A DNA stretch of 63,425 nucleotides, filler included, from Licmophora abbreviata (lineage: Eukaryota), in NCBI GenBank assembly GCA_900291995.1. It is 4 parts of 4 records of this genome, joined end to end, with 100 filler letters (N's around TTAATTAATTAA, not from the genome) between each part and the next. Parts side by side here need not be neighbours in the genome. Positions count along the whole stretch, not along the records: positions 26,161 to 37,606 come from OLMU01001163.1; positions 37,707 to 61,369 come from OLMU01001164.1; 2 more parts are not named here. One strand, given 5' to 3'. Made by a program: the position numbers and the translations under genes. Every line of letters starts with the position of its first letter. The first letter of the stretch is position 1. Below, piece after piece: positions 33,645 through 44,800 of the stretch. Under the pieces are notes generated by a model. That model was not told the origin of the DNA. It saw only the letters and a list, made by a program, of their open reading frames with translations, and searched no databases.

Positions 33645-35150
33645 TTATTTGGCTTCATCTCCCAACTCCAAGTCACCATCATGGATGGATTCCATGTACT
33701 TGGCGACATTCGGGTCGGACTGCATGAGCTCCTGCAGGGAGGCGGGTGCGTTCTCGGCAAATGCGGGAAGCTTGACCATGTGTCCAGCTCCGAGGTGGAG
33801 CTGATCTTCGTCATCCTCCATGTTCTTGGCGCGACGTTCTTCGGCAGTTCCAATGTAGACCTCGTCACGCTGGAAGCCAGCGATCTTCTTGTGGCACTCG
33901 GCAAGGACCCAGGCTCCATGACAGAGTCCAGTCCACTCCAAGGCAAGGCAGATGCGGAGGAAGATGTAGACCAAGGGGTTGGAAAGGAAGGCAATGGGGA
34001 AGGCCGAAGCGACGAGCTGCCATGCGATGGAACCAACAATGGTGACAATGAGGGCACCGAGCAGACCAGTGTCGAAGAACTTCTGGAGTCCGTCCGAGAC
34101 TCCAAAGATGTTGCTCTCTCCGTCCTCAATCTTGACGGAAGTAATACGGGCAACGAAGAACATGCATGACACGACAGAGAGCTGACGACCAATCATGAAA
34201 CCCGAAAGGTTGTGGGCCTTGCCGCGGAAGAGAAGCTCGCAAGTCAACTTGGCGAATCGAGCTTCTCCGCGCTCTTCCTTGGTGACTTTGGCGACGGCAA
34301 AGAAGGCAATCTGCATACCCTCAAGCATACCGACGACGCAAAGGAGGACAAAGAAGATAACAACGGAGGCTCCGGCCGGGAAGAAGGACCAGATGGTGGT
34401 CTTTCCGTCGAAGAGGGCAGTCAAAGTCACGGCAAAAGCAAATCCAAGAATGACCAAGGACACAAGGCACCGCGCCCAGAAGAAAAGCTTCTGTCCAGCA
34501 GAGCGTTCTCCTTCCTGAGTCTCAATGGGCTTGCCAGCAATTGCGGCGACGAGGTACTGGATAACGTAAGAAGCATGCAAGAGGCCGGAGAATTCAATGG
34601 CCATGGCAACCCAGAGCGTGAAGACACCGAAGTAGTTGTTGATGTAGTCAAGCATGCAATGGCATCCGTTGACCTGGGAGTTAAGCTGACCGATCATGCA
34701 AGTGAAGAGGATCATCGCCAATCCAGACACCAAGAACATGTTCGTAAGCCACTTGGGGAATCCCCAAAGTTCAGCATCCTCGTTGGGAGCACCGCAGTTG
34801 TTGATGGTGAAGACAATCACGACAACCATGAGCTGACGGCCGAGAAGGTAGCGATCCAGGTTGTCACCCTTGTGGGCAAGACCGGTCTGTTTGTAAGTGA
34901 TGGGGTGGCTGTCCTTGTAGAGCTCCCTGTTGACGGGTGCGAGGCCGACCAAGGCACCTTGGCCTCCCTCAACCATGGTGAGCCAGGCAACTGCGATGAT
35001 AAGCAGAATGAAGGCGAAGGCAGGGTGCACATCCAGGGAAACTTTGGTCTGCTCGGTGAAGATGAGACCAGCAACGATGGCCACTGAGAAGATCAGTAGG
35101 ACCATCGAGTACGTGTACTTGAAGATCGCAAGGGGGCTGTTTCCGCGCAT
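33645..35150 (-). CDS. SIT: Silicon (silicic acid) transporter
   Basis: About 10 TM helices; four GXQ motifs (EGGQ, LGRQ, EGMQ, IGRQ), CMLD motif, GFQRDEVYIGTAEER; strong C/G-ending codon bias. Confidence 0.97.
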   Translation of the reverse strand: MRGNSPLAIFKYTYSMVLLIFSVAIVAGLIFTEQTKVSLDVHPAFAFILLIIAVAWLTMVEGGQGALVGLAPVNRELYKDSHPITYKQTGLAHKGDNLDRYLLGRQLMVVVIVFTINNCGAPNEDAELWGFPKWLTNMFLVSGLAMILFTCMIGQLNSQVNGCHCMLDYINNYFGVFTLWVAMAIEFSGLLHASYVIQYLVAAIAGKPIETQEGERSAGQKLFFWARCLVSLVILGFAFAVTLTALFDGKTTIWSFFPAGASVVIFFVLLCVVGMLEGMQIAFFAVAKVTKEERGEARFAKLTCELLFRGKAHNLSGFMIGRQLSVVSCMFFVARITSVKIEDGESNIFGVSDGLQKFFDTGLLGALIVTIVGSIAWQLVASAFPIAFLSNPLVYIFLRICLALEWTGLCHGAWVLAECHKKIAGFQRDEVYIGTAEERRAKNMEDDEDQLHLGAGHMVKLPAFAENAPASLQELMQSDPNVAKYMESIHDGDLELGDEAK

Positions 35151-35168
35151 CTTGGGATAAAGTACTTT

Positions 35169-35255
35169 CTATGGATCAGAGAAGAGGCTGTGAGATGACG
35201 CTTGCTTCAATCCAAGTCGGATACCGGCCACGGATCATCGTTTCAGAGAACTTAC
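35169..35255 (-). other. Probable 5'UTR intron of SIT
   Basis: Minus-strand G|GTAAGT donor at 35255 and CATAG| acceptor at 35169, 18 nt before the ATG. The spliced upstream frame hits a stop with no ATG. Confidence 0.6.
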
Positions 35256-35558
35256 CGGAAGAGACTTGTTCAAACTCTGCTTTCGCGAAATTGTGAGGCA
35301 AGTTCAGATTCTGTTCGCGACAAAGTGTGACGGAGTTTCGCCAAATTTCCAACAGACATCAGTCGTCTCAACGGTATTATAACGTTTTTAGACTAAATTA
35401 GCTAACACAACCCTAAATCTGACGTTATTCAGTAACAGTCATTGCAATAATACTTGGCGGTAAAGAGTTCATTGAGATAAACCCGAACAAGTATAATTTA
35501 AAGATTTGAGAGCGCGTCAGATTTCTGTCCTATCGCTGACAAGTGCGCGGAATTTTCT

Positions 35559-35609
35559 GCATTGGCGAGCATTGGTTTGGCTGGCGAGCGAGCATTGGTT
35601 TGACTGGCG
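35559..35609 (-). promoter_or_regulatory. Tandem 22-nt direct repeat with three CCAAT boxes upstream of SIT
   Basis: GCGAGCATTGGTTTGGCTGGCG (35565-35586) and GCGAGCATTGGTTTGACTGGCG (35588-35609); ATTGG at 35561, 35571 and 35594. Confidence 0.5.
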
Positions 35610-35836
35610 CGCATTCGCTCCACGACCGGAGGCTCGCGCGGTGGAGGAAATTTCATTGAAAGTGTGACTGGTGACTGAAACTCCAATCCCAGTCGCGGTT
35701 GGAAGTTGAAAGTGGTTGTTTCCAACACCATTTCTCCCCCCGAGCTATCGGGACACGATGGACAACAGCACAACCACGACGTTCGCTGCAAAAAGACCAA
35801 CACATTCGTAGTAAGCACTACCAAGGTACAATCTTA

Positions 35837-38800
35837 TTATTCCTCGTCTTCCTGTGCAGCTGCAACGATTTTCACCTTCTTCAACACCGATGTGGCGACT
35901 CGCTTCTCCCGTGCCGCTTCAGCGTCTGCCTCCAGCATGCTCCAAGTGGGAGGTGTGTGCGACGGCAGCGATTCGATCCACGAGAAGCATTCATCGATAG
36001 ACGTACTATCCGGAAGCACGGGCGAATCCGCAGTTTCGACGAGTTTGAAGTTTACGTCAAAACATCCCGGCACGAAAGTCGACCCCACGAGTTTGTCCAG
36101 TGCCTCTTGGTCTTCGTCGTGAATGATCCTGCCACCGTACACACCCTTGCACAGAGTGGAGCGAATGGCATCCCAAGGAAGTTTCTCGGGGTCGAGCTGC
36201 GTCCGTCCCTTGCCTGCCTTCTCCAGCAGCGAGTCAATCACGTCGAGACCATGCGCGGCATCCGCTTCCGTGTACTCGTAGCGCTCCTTCCAGCCAGACG
36301 GGAAGTATCGCAACCGTTCCTGAATGACGGCGTGTACCCAACTCAAGACCAGGAACAGCCGATTGCGTACTGGATCGCGCAGGCGATCGTGAGGTATGCT
36401 AGTGAAGAAGCGCGACATGGAAGCCTTCACACCGGTAGGAGCCTCGGCGACGATGATATCGCTGATGCGCAAGAGTGCCGTGGGCAGCCGATTGCTCAAC
36501 TCGCTGGTAATAAAGATGCGGAACTCTGGGTGAGTACCGGCTCCGAGGGACTGAAGTTTCTTCACGAGTGTTTCACGTAGCCAGTCCGTGCAGAGATGAC
36601 AATTCTTCAGCATGACCCATGTGCCACGCTTTACGGCACTGCCCAAGAAGTTTTCGGCAGTTGCAAAGCCTTCAGAACTTCCCATCGCGACGGCCGCAAG
36701 CTCTTTTCCTGTCTCGCGAGCCATCGACTCAACGCGGCCGCTCACGTCGTGTCCTGGTGCACTGCAGAGCATTAAAGGCACGGTGGCGTCGATTTCATTC
36801 TCGGTTATGTCTTGCAGGTTGTTCAGTGCCCTTCCCTGCCACGGAAAAGACTCGTCGAACGTTGAGCAAAGGACGCCGATTAGGTCGTCCGATGTTTCAA
36901 CGGCAGCGCTGCCAACGGAGGGATCGTTTGAAAACAGGCGTGCAAGGAGGATGGAAAAGACGAACTTGTCTTCAGACTGAAGTCCACGCCCCACACGCGC
37001 AGCTATCTCATGGAAAAGCTGCCTCTTGATAGCCGCAATCCGCTCGTCGTCGCCCGCGTCTTGAGGATGCTCTTCTTTTCCAAGTACATCTTCCAGTATC
37101 GTCATGAACGTTGTTGAGCTGAACTCATAGAGAAAGCTGATCTCTCTCATGGCAGCAAGCAATGTAAAAATCTTGCGGCACACAGCGGAGAGCGGCTCAA
37201 ACTTGAGTACGCCATTGTGGACTTCCTTCATAGTCTCCGCACTTTTCGCAATTTGTTCTTCGACTTGGGTGCCTTCTTTCATAAGAAATTCCATACCGTC
37301 GACAAGCTGGTCATCATCAAGAATACTACCCTCGACGGCACTTATCTTCGCGAGCATCTGGTCTTCAAGTTCTCTCAATTTTACATTCTGCTCGCCCTGG
37401 AGTTTCAAGAGACTCTTTCGCTGCTCTTCAATTTCTGGTTTCTCTGTCTTGACAATCTGGCTCATACTCTGGCTCTGAAGGCTCGCCGGCGTAACAGTAA
37501 AGTTCACCAGGGTCACTCTCGAGCACAAATCCGGAGTGAGCTTCACAGCCGGGTTCTTCGTACTAAGAATGATTGAAAACCTGGGACTGTAGTCAACATC
37601 CTCGGTNNNNNNNNNNNNNNNNNNNNNNNNNNNNNNNNNNNNNNNNNNNNTTAATTAATTAANNNNNNNNNNNNNNNNNNNNNNNNNNNNNNNNNNNNNN
37701 NNNNNNCTGGATTCAACACGGGGTCGACCGCCTCGACGTTTTCAACAAGCAGAGTGGTGCCAAATCGAACGGCACCCGCCAACGTCTTCATGAAAGCCTT
37801 GTCAACAAAGCTGGTCTTTTGGATCTTTTCATTTTTGCGCATCTGCATGAGGAAGTCAATCGCCCGCCCTGAAGGATCAATCACCAAGGGGAAGCGGGCG
37901 CAGTGATCCAAAATGACTGCATTCTCTAGACTCAATTGGTCGCCAGGGAGTCCCTCCGACTGCCACGCAAGCCTCTGAGAGGCTTTACTCAGCGATTCGA
38001 CCATTCCCATCTCCTCGCCGTGATACTCAATACCAAGAACGTCAAGGCAGCGCCTCCAGCCCTCCATCAGCACGCGTCGTGTCTTAAAGTCGAAGAAACC
38101 GTAGTATGTGAGAAATGCCGCCATAAGAAGGGAGTCGCCGACTAGGTCTTGCATCATAGTTTGGAATCCTTCTGAGCTCTTCGACCATCTCTCGCTCTCG
38201 TGGCTAAGACTTTTTAGTAGGCTCTGGGCTCGTTCCACTTTGACTGCAATTTGCTCCATTTCAGCCTTCAAAGACTCTACGTCCCTTATCAAGCTAGCGT
38301 AATCAGTCTTGTACTGGTCGATCGATGTTTCCAGCATGGCCACCTCCGAATCAATCCGGTTTTTCTCGTCTTTTACCACCTGTGCTTTCTGTTCGAGCTG
38401 TTCGACCTCCTTCCTCAGCGGTTCGACACGGTTGTATACGCTGGAGTACTTTATCTGCGACTCAGCCCACTGGTAGAGAGGTCCGCACGCCTTGCTGCTG
38501 CGACGCACGCTCTCCATTGTAAGTTCTGGATTTCCGTCAAGATATTTCTCCGTCACGAGCTTGATTTGTTTGGAAGTGAGCGTATCAGCATCGAAATGCA
38601 GAATGTTTGGAATGAAGTCCGTCTTGCTGAGTAGCTTCCGTACATCGGCCCATTCGACACTCTTCTCCCCCATCATAATTGCTACGCATTCAAGCGTCAG
38701 CTTTACATTGTTGGGAGGACGGGCGAGATTCCGGATCTCGTCCAGATCCCGCTTCTTGATGCCCTGAACGCTCTCTTGGGCGCTCTTTAGAGCAGGTTCT

Positions 38801-41800
38801 GCCATGTCGAGGTCTCGCTGCGCTTCTTGCTTCCGCAAATTGATAGCAACTTGTTGCTCTTCGACTTCCGCCCCTATCTTTTCGGCCTCGACCTTTCGCT
38901 TTTCGGCAACATTTTGATCAGCTACCATCTGCTGCAATTTTGCATTCGCGAGGGATTCCTTGTCCCGAAGCTCCGCCGTTTTGGTACCAAGCCCACCTTT
39001 CAACTCAGCGACAGTGTCTTGGGTCTGAACAAGCTTGGAAAGTCCGGCATTGACATGCAACTGCTCATCTTCAACCCCTTCACGACGCTTGTTCAAACAA
39101 GACACAAAATTCTCAATTAAGGCAAGATAGTCTCGTGGCGACAAGAACGTCCTCGATATACTGCTTGCTGAGTGCGCAACTTCATCGGCTGTCAACTTCG
39201 TCGACTGATGAATCTCCACAAGTGCCGCGACTACCGCCTGTCGCAGTCCGCCAGGCGCTAAGCCTTCGAACACCTCACTTACTCGCTCCATGAGCGGCGC
39301 GCCCTCACCAGCACCCCAAGTACCTCCAACAGCTTCAGCATCGCCCATGTCGAGCCGAGAAGTAAATTCCTTTCCAACTTCGCCAAGAGCCTTTGCTCCC
39401 CAGGTGCCGAACCAATCGACAACGCATCGATTAAACAAAGCTGGACTGGTTGTCGACCTGTTTTTCCATTCGCCCCCACTTGGGTTCATCGTGAAGACGA
39501 CATGAAGATTGCGCTGCACGATACTAGTGAATCTTCGCCATAGCTCTTCGTCGCTGTCCACAAGGACGCCGTCGCGTGCTGCGCTGTCCCGACACGCGCT
39601 CATGAGAGCGTTGTACTCGTCCCCTTCAAAAAGTCCTGGGACTTCGCCGCTAGCCAAGAGGGCATTCATGGCTTCGAGGAATCCAGACCCAAGCACGTTT
39701 CCCTCATCGAAAATGAAACATACTTTCTCGCCGTCGACTCCAACACGACGCATGATGCTTCTAAGGTCTTCGTTGAAGTCCTCTATGCCGTATCGTGAAT
39801 GCGCCTTGATTTGGAAAATACTGAGACCGTTCATCCAGCTAACAAACTTGCTTAGGACAGTTTTCCCAGCCCCACTATCCCCCACAAGAAGTGAGTGACC
39901 CATTGGCTGGCGAAGCACTCGATCGATCCGAAGTACGTGATCCAGGACCTCGTCGAAGACGACCAACGGCACGTCCAACTCTTCCTCGTAAAATACACGC
40001 AATCTAGCGCTCAAAAAGTCTTTGAGCTCATCGCGACCAACCTGGCGAGTCTCCTTACTCAACCAAGTCGAGTAAAAAAGAGGTCGAGCTAGAGCCGTAC
40101 CGAAATCAACACCGGCAAACCTCTTGCGTGCAATTTCGTCGACCTTCTCGTCACACCATTCTCGATCCGATTCTTCCACTAGGCGGTCCATAAAAAGGCG
40201 AAGTGCTTCATGAGCCCAGATACGCACGAACTCTTCCCTGGTAAGACCTTGGTCCAAATGAACGACAGCCTCGTACATTCCGCGGACCCAACGACTAAGT
40301 TCACGTGGCGAGTAGAAGTATTGAGGCTGCATCGCTGGGTTGAACTTCTTTTGATTCTCCATGTACAGATCCACCATCGCCTCCGTCAAAGCTCCAGTCT
40401 CGCCCTTTAGATTCGGGAAAAGTTTCATCATCCCTCCGTTGAGCGTTCCGTAGATTTGAACAAGAGAGTCGCGAGCCGGAAAGTCGACAAACAGCAATGG
40501 CACATGGCGCAAGAATCGTGAGGAGAGATCGACTCTACCGGCATCCGTCGGAGGATTGCAGGCGCCGACAAACTGGATGCGATTTGTTTTCACCCAGACA
40601 TTGTCCTGCCTCCAAAAGCCGCCTTGCTCTACGAGCTGCCTCATAAACGTAATTACTCTCTGTGTCCCGTAGCTATCCTCTTCAGGAAGATTGATCTCGT
40701 CACAGAAGACAACTAGCCAGCTCTGAGCTCCAAGATTCTCAGACGGTTCCAGGATTATGTGCTTTCCTCTTCGCACATATGAACAGTACTGTGAAAATGT
40801 TTTTAGAATGATCTCGGGTGTCGTTCGGCTCGAAAAATTCAAGCTTGCCAGGACCACGCCTTGGATCGACTGCAAAACGCTCGTAAGAGTCATGGTCTTG
40901 CCACTTCCAGGGGGGCCACACAAGATGACAGGCCTTCGACTTCCAAGCCAGGCACCTACGACATCCGAATGACGCACCGTGTCGGTCGTCGTGATGACCA
41001 CAGAGGTGTCGGAAACACGATGGCTTTCGATTTCCATGCGTGGGACACTATCGCTCCAAAGTTCGTACTCTCCATTCTCGACTCGAACACGGTAGTCAGT
41101 TAGGCACATGTCTTCACCTCCAGGAAGGGCGACTCCGCTAGTACGGAGAAGCATTTTTCCAAAGTTTCTTCTCACATCCCACGAACAACTTCCAGTGAAA
41201 GACCAGACGAGTGAATGAAGTAGCCATCGCTTCGAAAACTTCGCCATGTGTTCGCCCGTCATGGGGAAATCAGGATGATTCTCGTCGTATTCGACCGCCA
41301 TTGCAACACCCTGGATGAGCAGTGCTTCGAATGTCTGAAGAAGACGGTCTCGTGATGGATGCATCACATGCGGTTCGGCCATCGCGAACTCAAGAGCATC
41401 TACAACGAGGGATGAGGTACGCTCCGCAATCAGGAAGGGGCGAATAGCCGTAACGAAATGAGATTGAGCAGCTGGTCCTTGATCGCTTCTCGACCTATCA
41501 CCGACAAAGTCCATCTTCTGCAGTCGAAGGGCAAGGTTCTCAAGACACATCTCAGCAGAAACTATGTCCTCGCTAAACCATACCATTCCGCAGCGAGAAA
41601 CCGTGGCAGGTGTAGCAAAGGCCAGGCTATCAACCTCAAGGATGATGCGTACGTTGTGAGGAATGCCAAGGCGCTCTCCACTTGGCAGCGTGAGAAGCTT
41701 GTTGTCGTCGAGGACGCTGGAACAGGAGCCGATAGGAAAAATTGGGATACGGCGTTCGCGATTGCACGAGCGAACCAAGAAGCTTCGACGGCTTACCTAT

Positions 41801-44800
41801 TCAAGTTTTCGGCCCACTCAGGGTCTACATCACCGTCGAAAATGATCCAATGACGGCGATCTGCCTCGCCTTTCTGGTTGTCTAGAATTCTACGCAACAA
41901 CCCCGTGAAAACCCCATCAGTCCACTCCATCGTTGTGCCATCGAGTGCACCATAGAGGCCTTCCTTGTTCATCGCCTTGGGATCAATTATGTACATTTCA
42001 CCCTTCTCTCCGTCGACCTTTTCAATCGCATTCATCAACACCTTCAACGCCGAACTTTTGGCTACACCGACGGGTCCCACAGTCATCACCCCATGCCGCA
42101 TTCCCAATACCTGGTTCAGTTGAAGAATTTTCTGGACAAAGCTCTCCCCGGGGACCAGATCCAGGTCTTTGCAAACCTCCACTACCGCGGTCCGCAGGCT
42201 TTCTTCTTCCATCTTAACGACTTCTGAGCCAGGGAAAGTGTCGAGAAGTACTTCACGAAAAACGGCTAAGTCTGAGGCCACGAGCTTGGGAATGACATTG
42301 TTGCAGGCGCCGGTAATCAGGGCTTTCTCTTCGACGACAGCTAGCTTTTCGCCTTCTACAACGCCTTCGTACATTTCAAGCGCTTTTCGTTTCAACCCAC
42401 CTGCGCTCACAAGCAAGGTTTTGAGCGCGCGGAGACCGAAGTCGTAATGCGTCTGTTTCGACATGCGAGCTTCACAAGAAAGAAAGAGGTCAACCACTTT
42501 GCCGGCAAGACGCTCGGCCGTGACTATTCCTTGGCTGTAAAGCATGACCTGAGCAATGAGCTTGCGATCGGGAATCACCATCGCAACCGAGCGAAAAAGG
42601 GCTTTCAAGTTGTCTGGCAGGTTACTACGACCGGCATAGCCTGGGTTCATCGTAATAAAAATACCAACATTTTCATGCAGGCGAATAGATCGATCGAGCA
42701 GCTCAATGTTCGATTTCCTTTCAATCAGCCCACGCTGGATGGTAAGAATTTGCTGACTAACCGCACTTAGAATTCGCTCCTGGAGGCGATTGAACTCGTC
42801 GAAACACCCCCAGCCACCAGTCTGACACAGTCCGCAAAAAAGGCGGCCCATGGCACCGAAGTCGAAAGTTTCGTCACAGTTCATTACAAGGACAAATCGA
42901 CCTAGCTGCGCCCCAAGCGCCTTCACGCTTTCCGTCTTCCCGGTTCCAGCTGGTCCGAACGGAGATCCGCCCATGCGGAAGTGAAGCGCCTGAGTCAGGG
43001 ACAGGTAGCACCTGTCAGTAAGCGGAGTCTGGACCAGCCTCTCGCCAATACCAAGGTACTCGAAGCCATAGAAAAATGTCGCATTGGACAGTTTGACTGA
43101 AAGCTTTTCTGTGAGCTTATTCGCATTTGGATCGTAGTAGTAGCGTAGATGATACAGCCACCGGAAGTCCTCCTCGCTGGATACACACTCGTCTTGGAGA
43201 CGCCGCGTCACATCTCGCTGGTGGACGAGCTCGGTGATGAGCTGTTCGAACTTTTTCCGGGACTCAGAGGGAAGGTCGAGCAGTACAGTTTCGGCCATGA
43301 CTTCAAGCTTGCTCTCCACACTGGCAATCACGGCCTTGAGTGAAGTATCGCTTTTGTTCTCCATTAGAGCCTTCTCTACACCCATGCTCCACTTAATCTG
43401 AGTTGCGAGGATCATCACTTGTGCAGGGAACTTCGTAGACCATTCAATGAACGTCTTCTTGCCGTCCTCGGAGCTCAGCATCTCTGGAGAGGACGAGTCT
43501 TCCGTCACGGCATTCTGCAACAGGATCGCTATCGTGTTCTTCATCTTCTCTTCCAGCTCCTTTAGCCAATTTTTCACTCCAGTATCCTTCGTGATGTCGA
43601 TTGGCTCGTGGAACGGAACGACTTCCCCGTCCTTGCTCACCATCGCGTCAAGCCTGGCAACTACGTCCTCTGGAAGACTGGACGATGTATCCTGACGGGC
43701 TCCAGCGATGCCTGCAAACATCTTGGCAACATGCGTGAGCACTTTTCCGGGTTCTCCAGCGTTACCTATGATTTCCAACAAATCGTCGTCCCCCAGGAAG
43801 TAGAATCGACTGAAGTCGCTCCGCTGCTTCTCAAGGTAGTCTCCCAGCGCTCGTTGGATGACGACCATTTGATTGCCGAGCCGTTCTAAGCTTCGCTGCA
43901 AATTATCAATGTTCAGAGCCTCCATCGCAAACGGTCTGTTAGCGATTCTACGCATGAGAGATACAAACTCCGCGTCCACACTCTTGAACCGAGACCACTC
44001 GGAAGGGAGCTGGGCCTTGATGTCAGAGCTGCCGAAAAGAATCCCCTCGAGATAGACCCAACGGCGTTGCACGTCGACCCATGCGTCAAAAGCAGCTCGC
44101 AGCTTGGTCAGTCGGTCCTCCCACAGTTTTCCCTCTTCCTGAAACTCTCGAACGGACCGGTAGTACGGCGAGCTCTTCATCAACGCCAAACCGCCCATAT
44201 GGTCGTCTAGAGTAGCGAAGAGACTATCCCACCCTCGGATGAGACGTACACGATTCTGGAAAAGGACCATCTCAAGTTCCTGCTTCATCCATCGATCGCG
44301 TACCTGCCCTAGGAATACCTCGAGAGCCATCTCCCCTTGAGCAACCGTCAAGATCTCCGTCATATCTTTCTTGCGTGAGATAACTCCATGCTCCCAGAGC
44401 ATACCCACCGTAACCTCAGAAAATGGACGACGTATCCCGAGGCGCTGAAGAATTGTCTTCCAGTGTCTGTCTTTCAATGCTTCAGTTTTCAGGTCGGATA
44501 GCATGGCATGACCACCAATGTAGCCTTTAACCGTGTCTTGCAAATGTGTGAACGCATCGTACTGTCGGATTCTGTTGGGCAGCGAACGCATCTCTACAAG
44601 TAGGTCATCTAGGGCTCGACGGATCTTACGCATTACTGCGTTGGACCAAGCTGTCTCTTTTACCTCCTCAAGGACACTGAACGGCTTCATGACGGCTTCC
44701 CAAACCTCTTTGAGGTCAGCAAGTTCGTTTTGATACTCTGTCATCGTGTTGGCTTCTACCGAATGTTCAAGTCCCAAAGCGTCCTTCGCCTTGATTAGAT

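Noticed and set aside
34212..35087. Long antisense ORFs (291 aa here, 201 aa at 33564-34169) over SIT
   Set aside because: Shadow ORFs expected from the strong codon bias of a highly expressed gene; no independent motifs.
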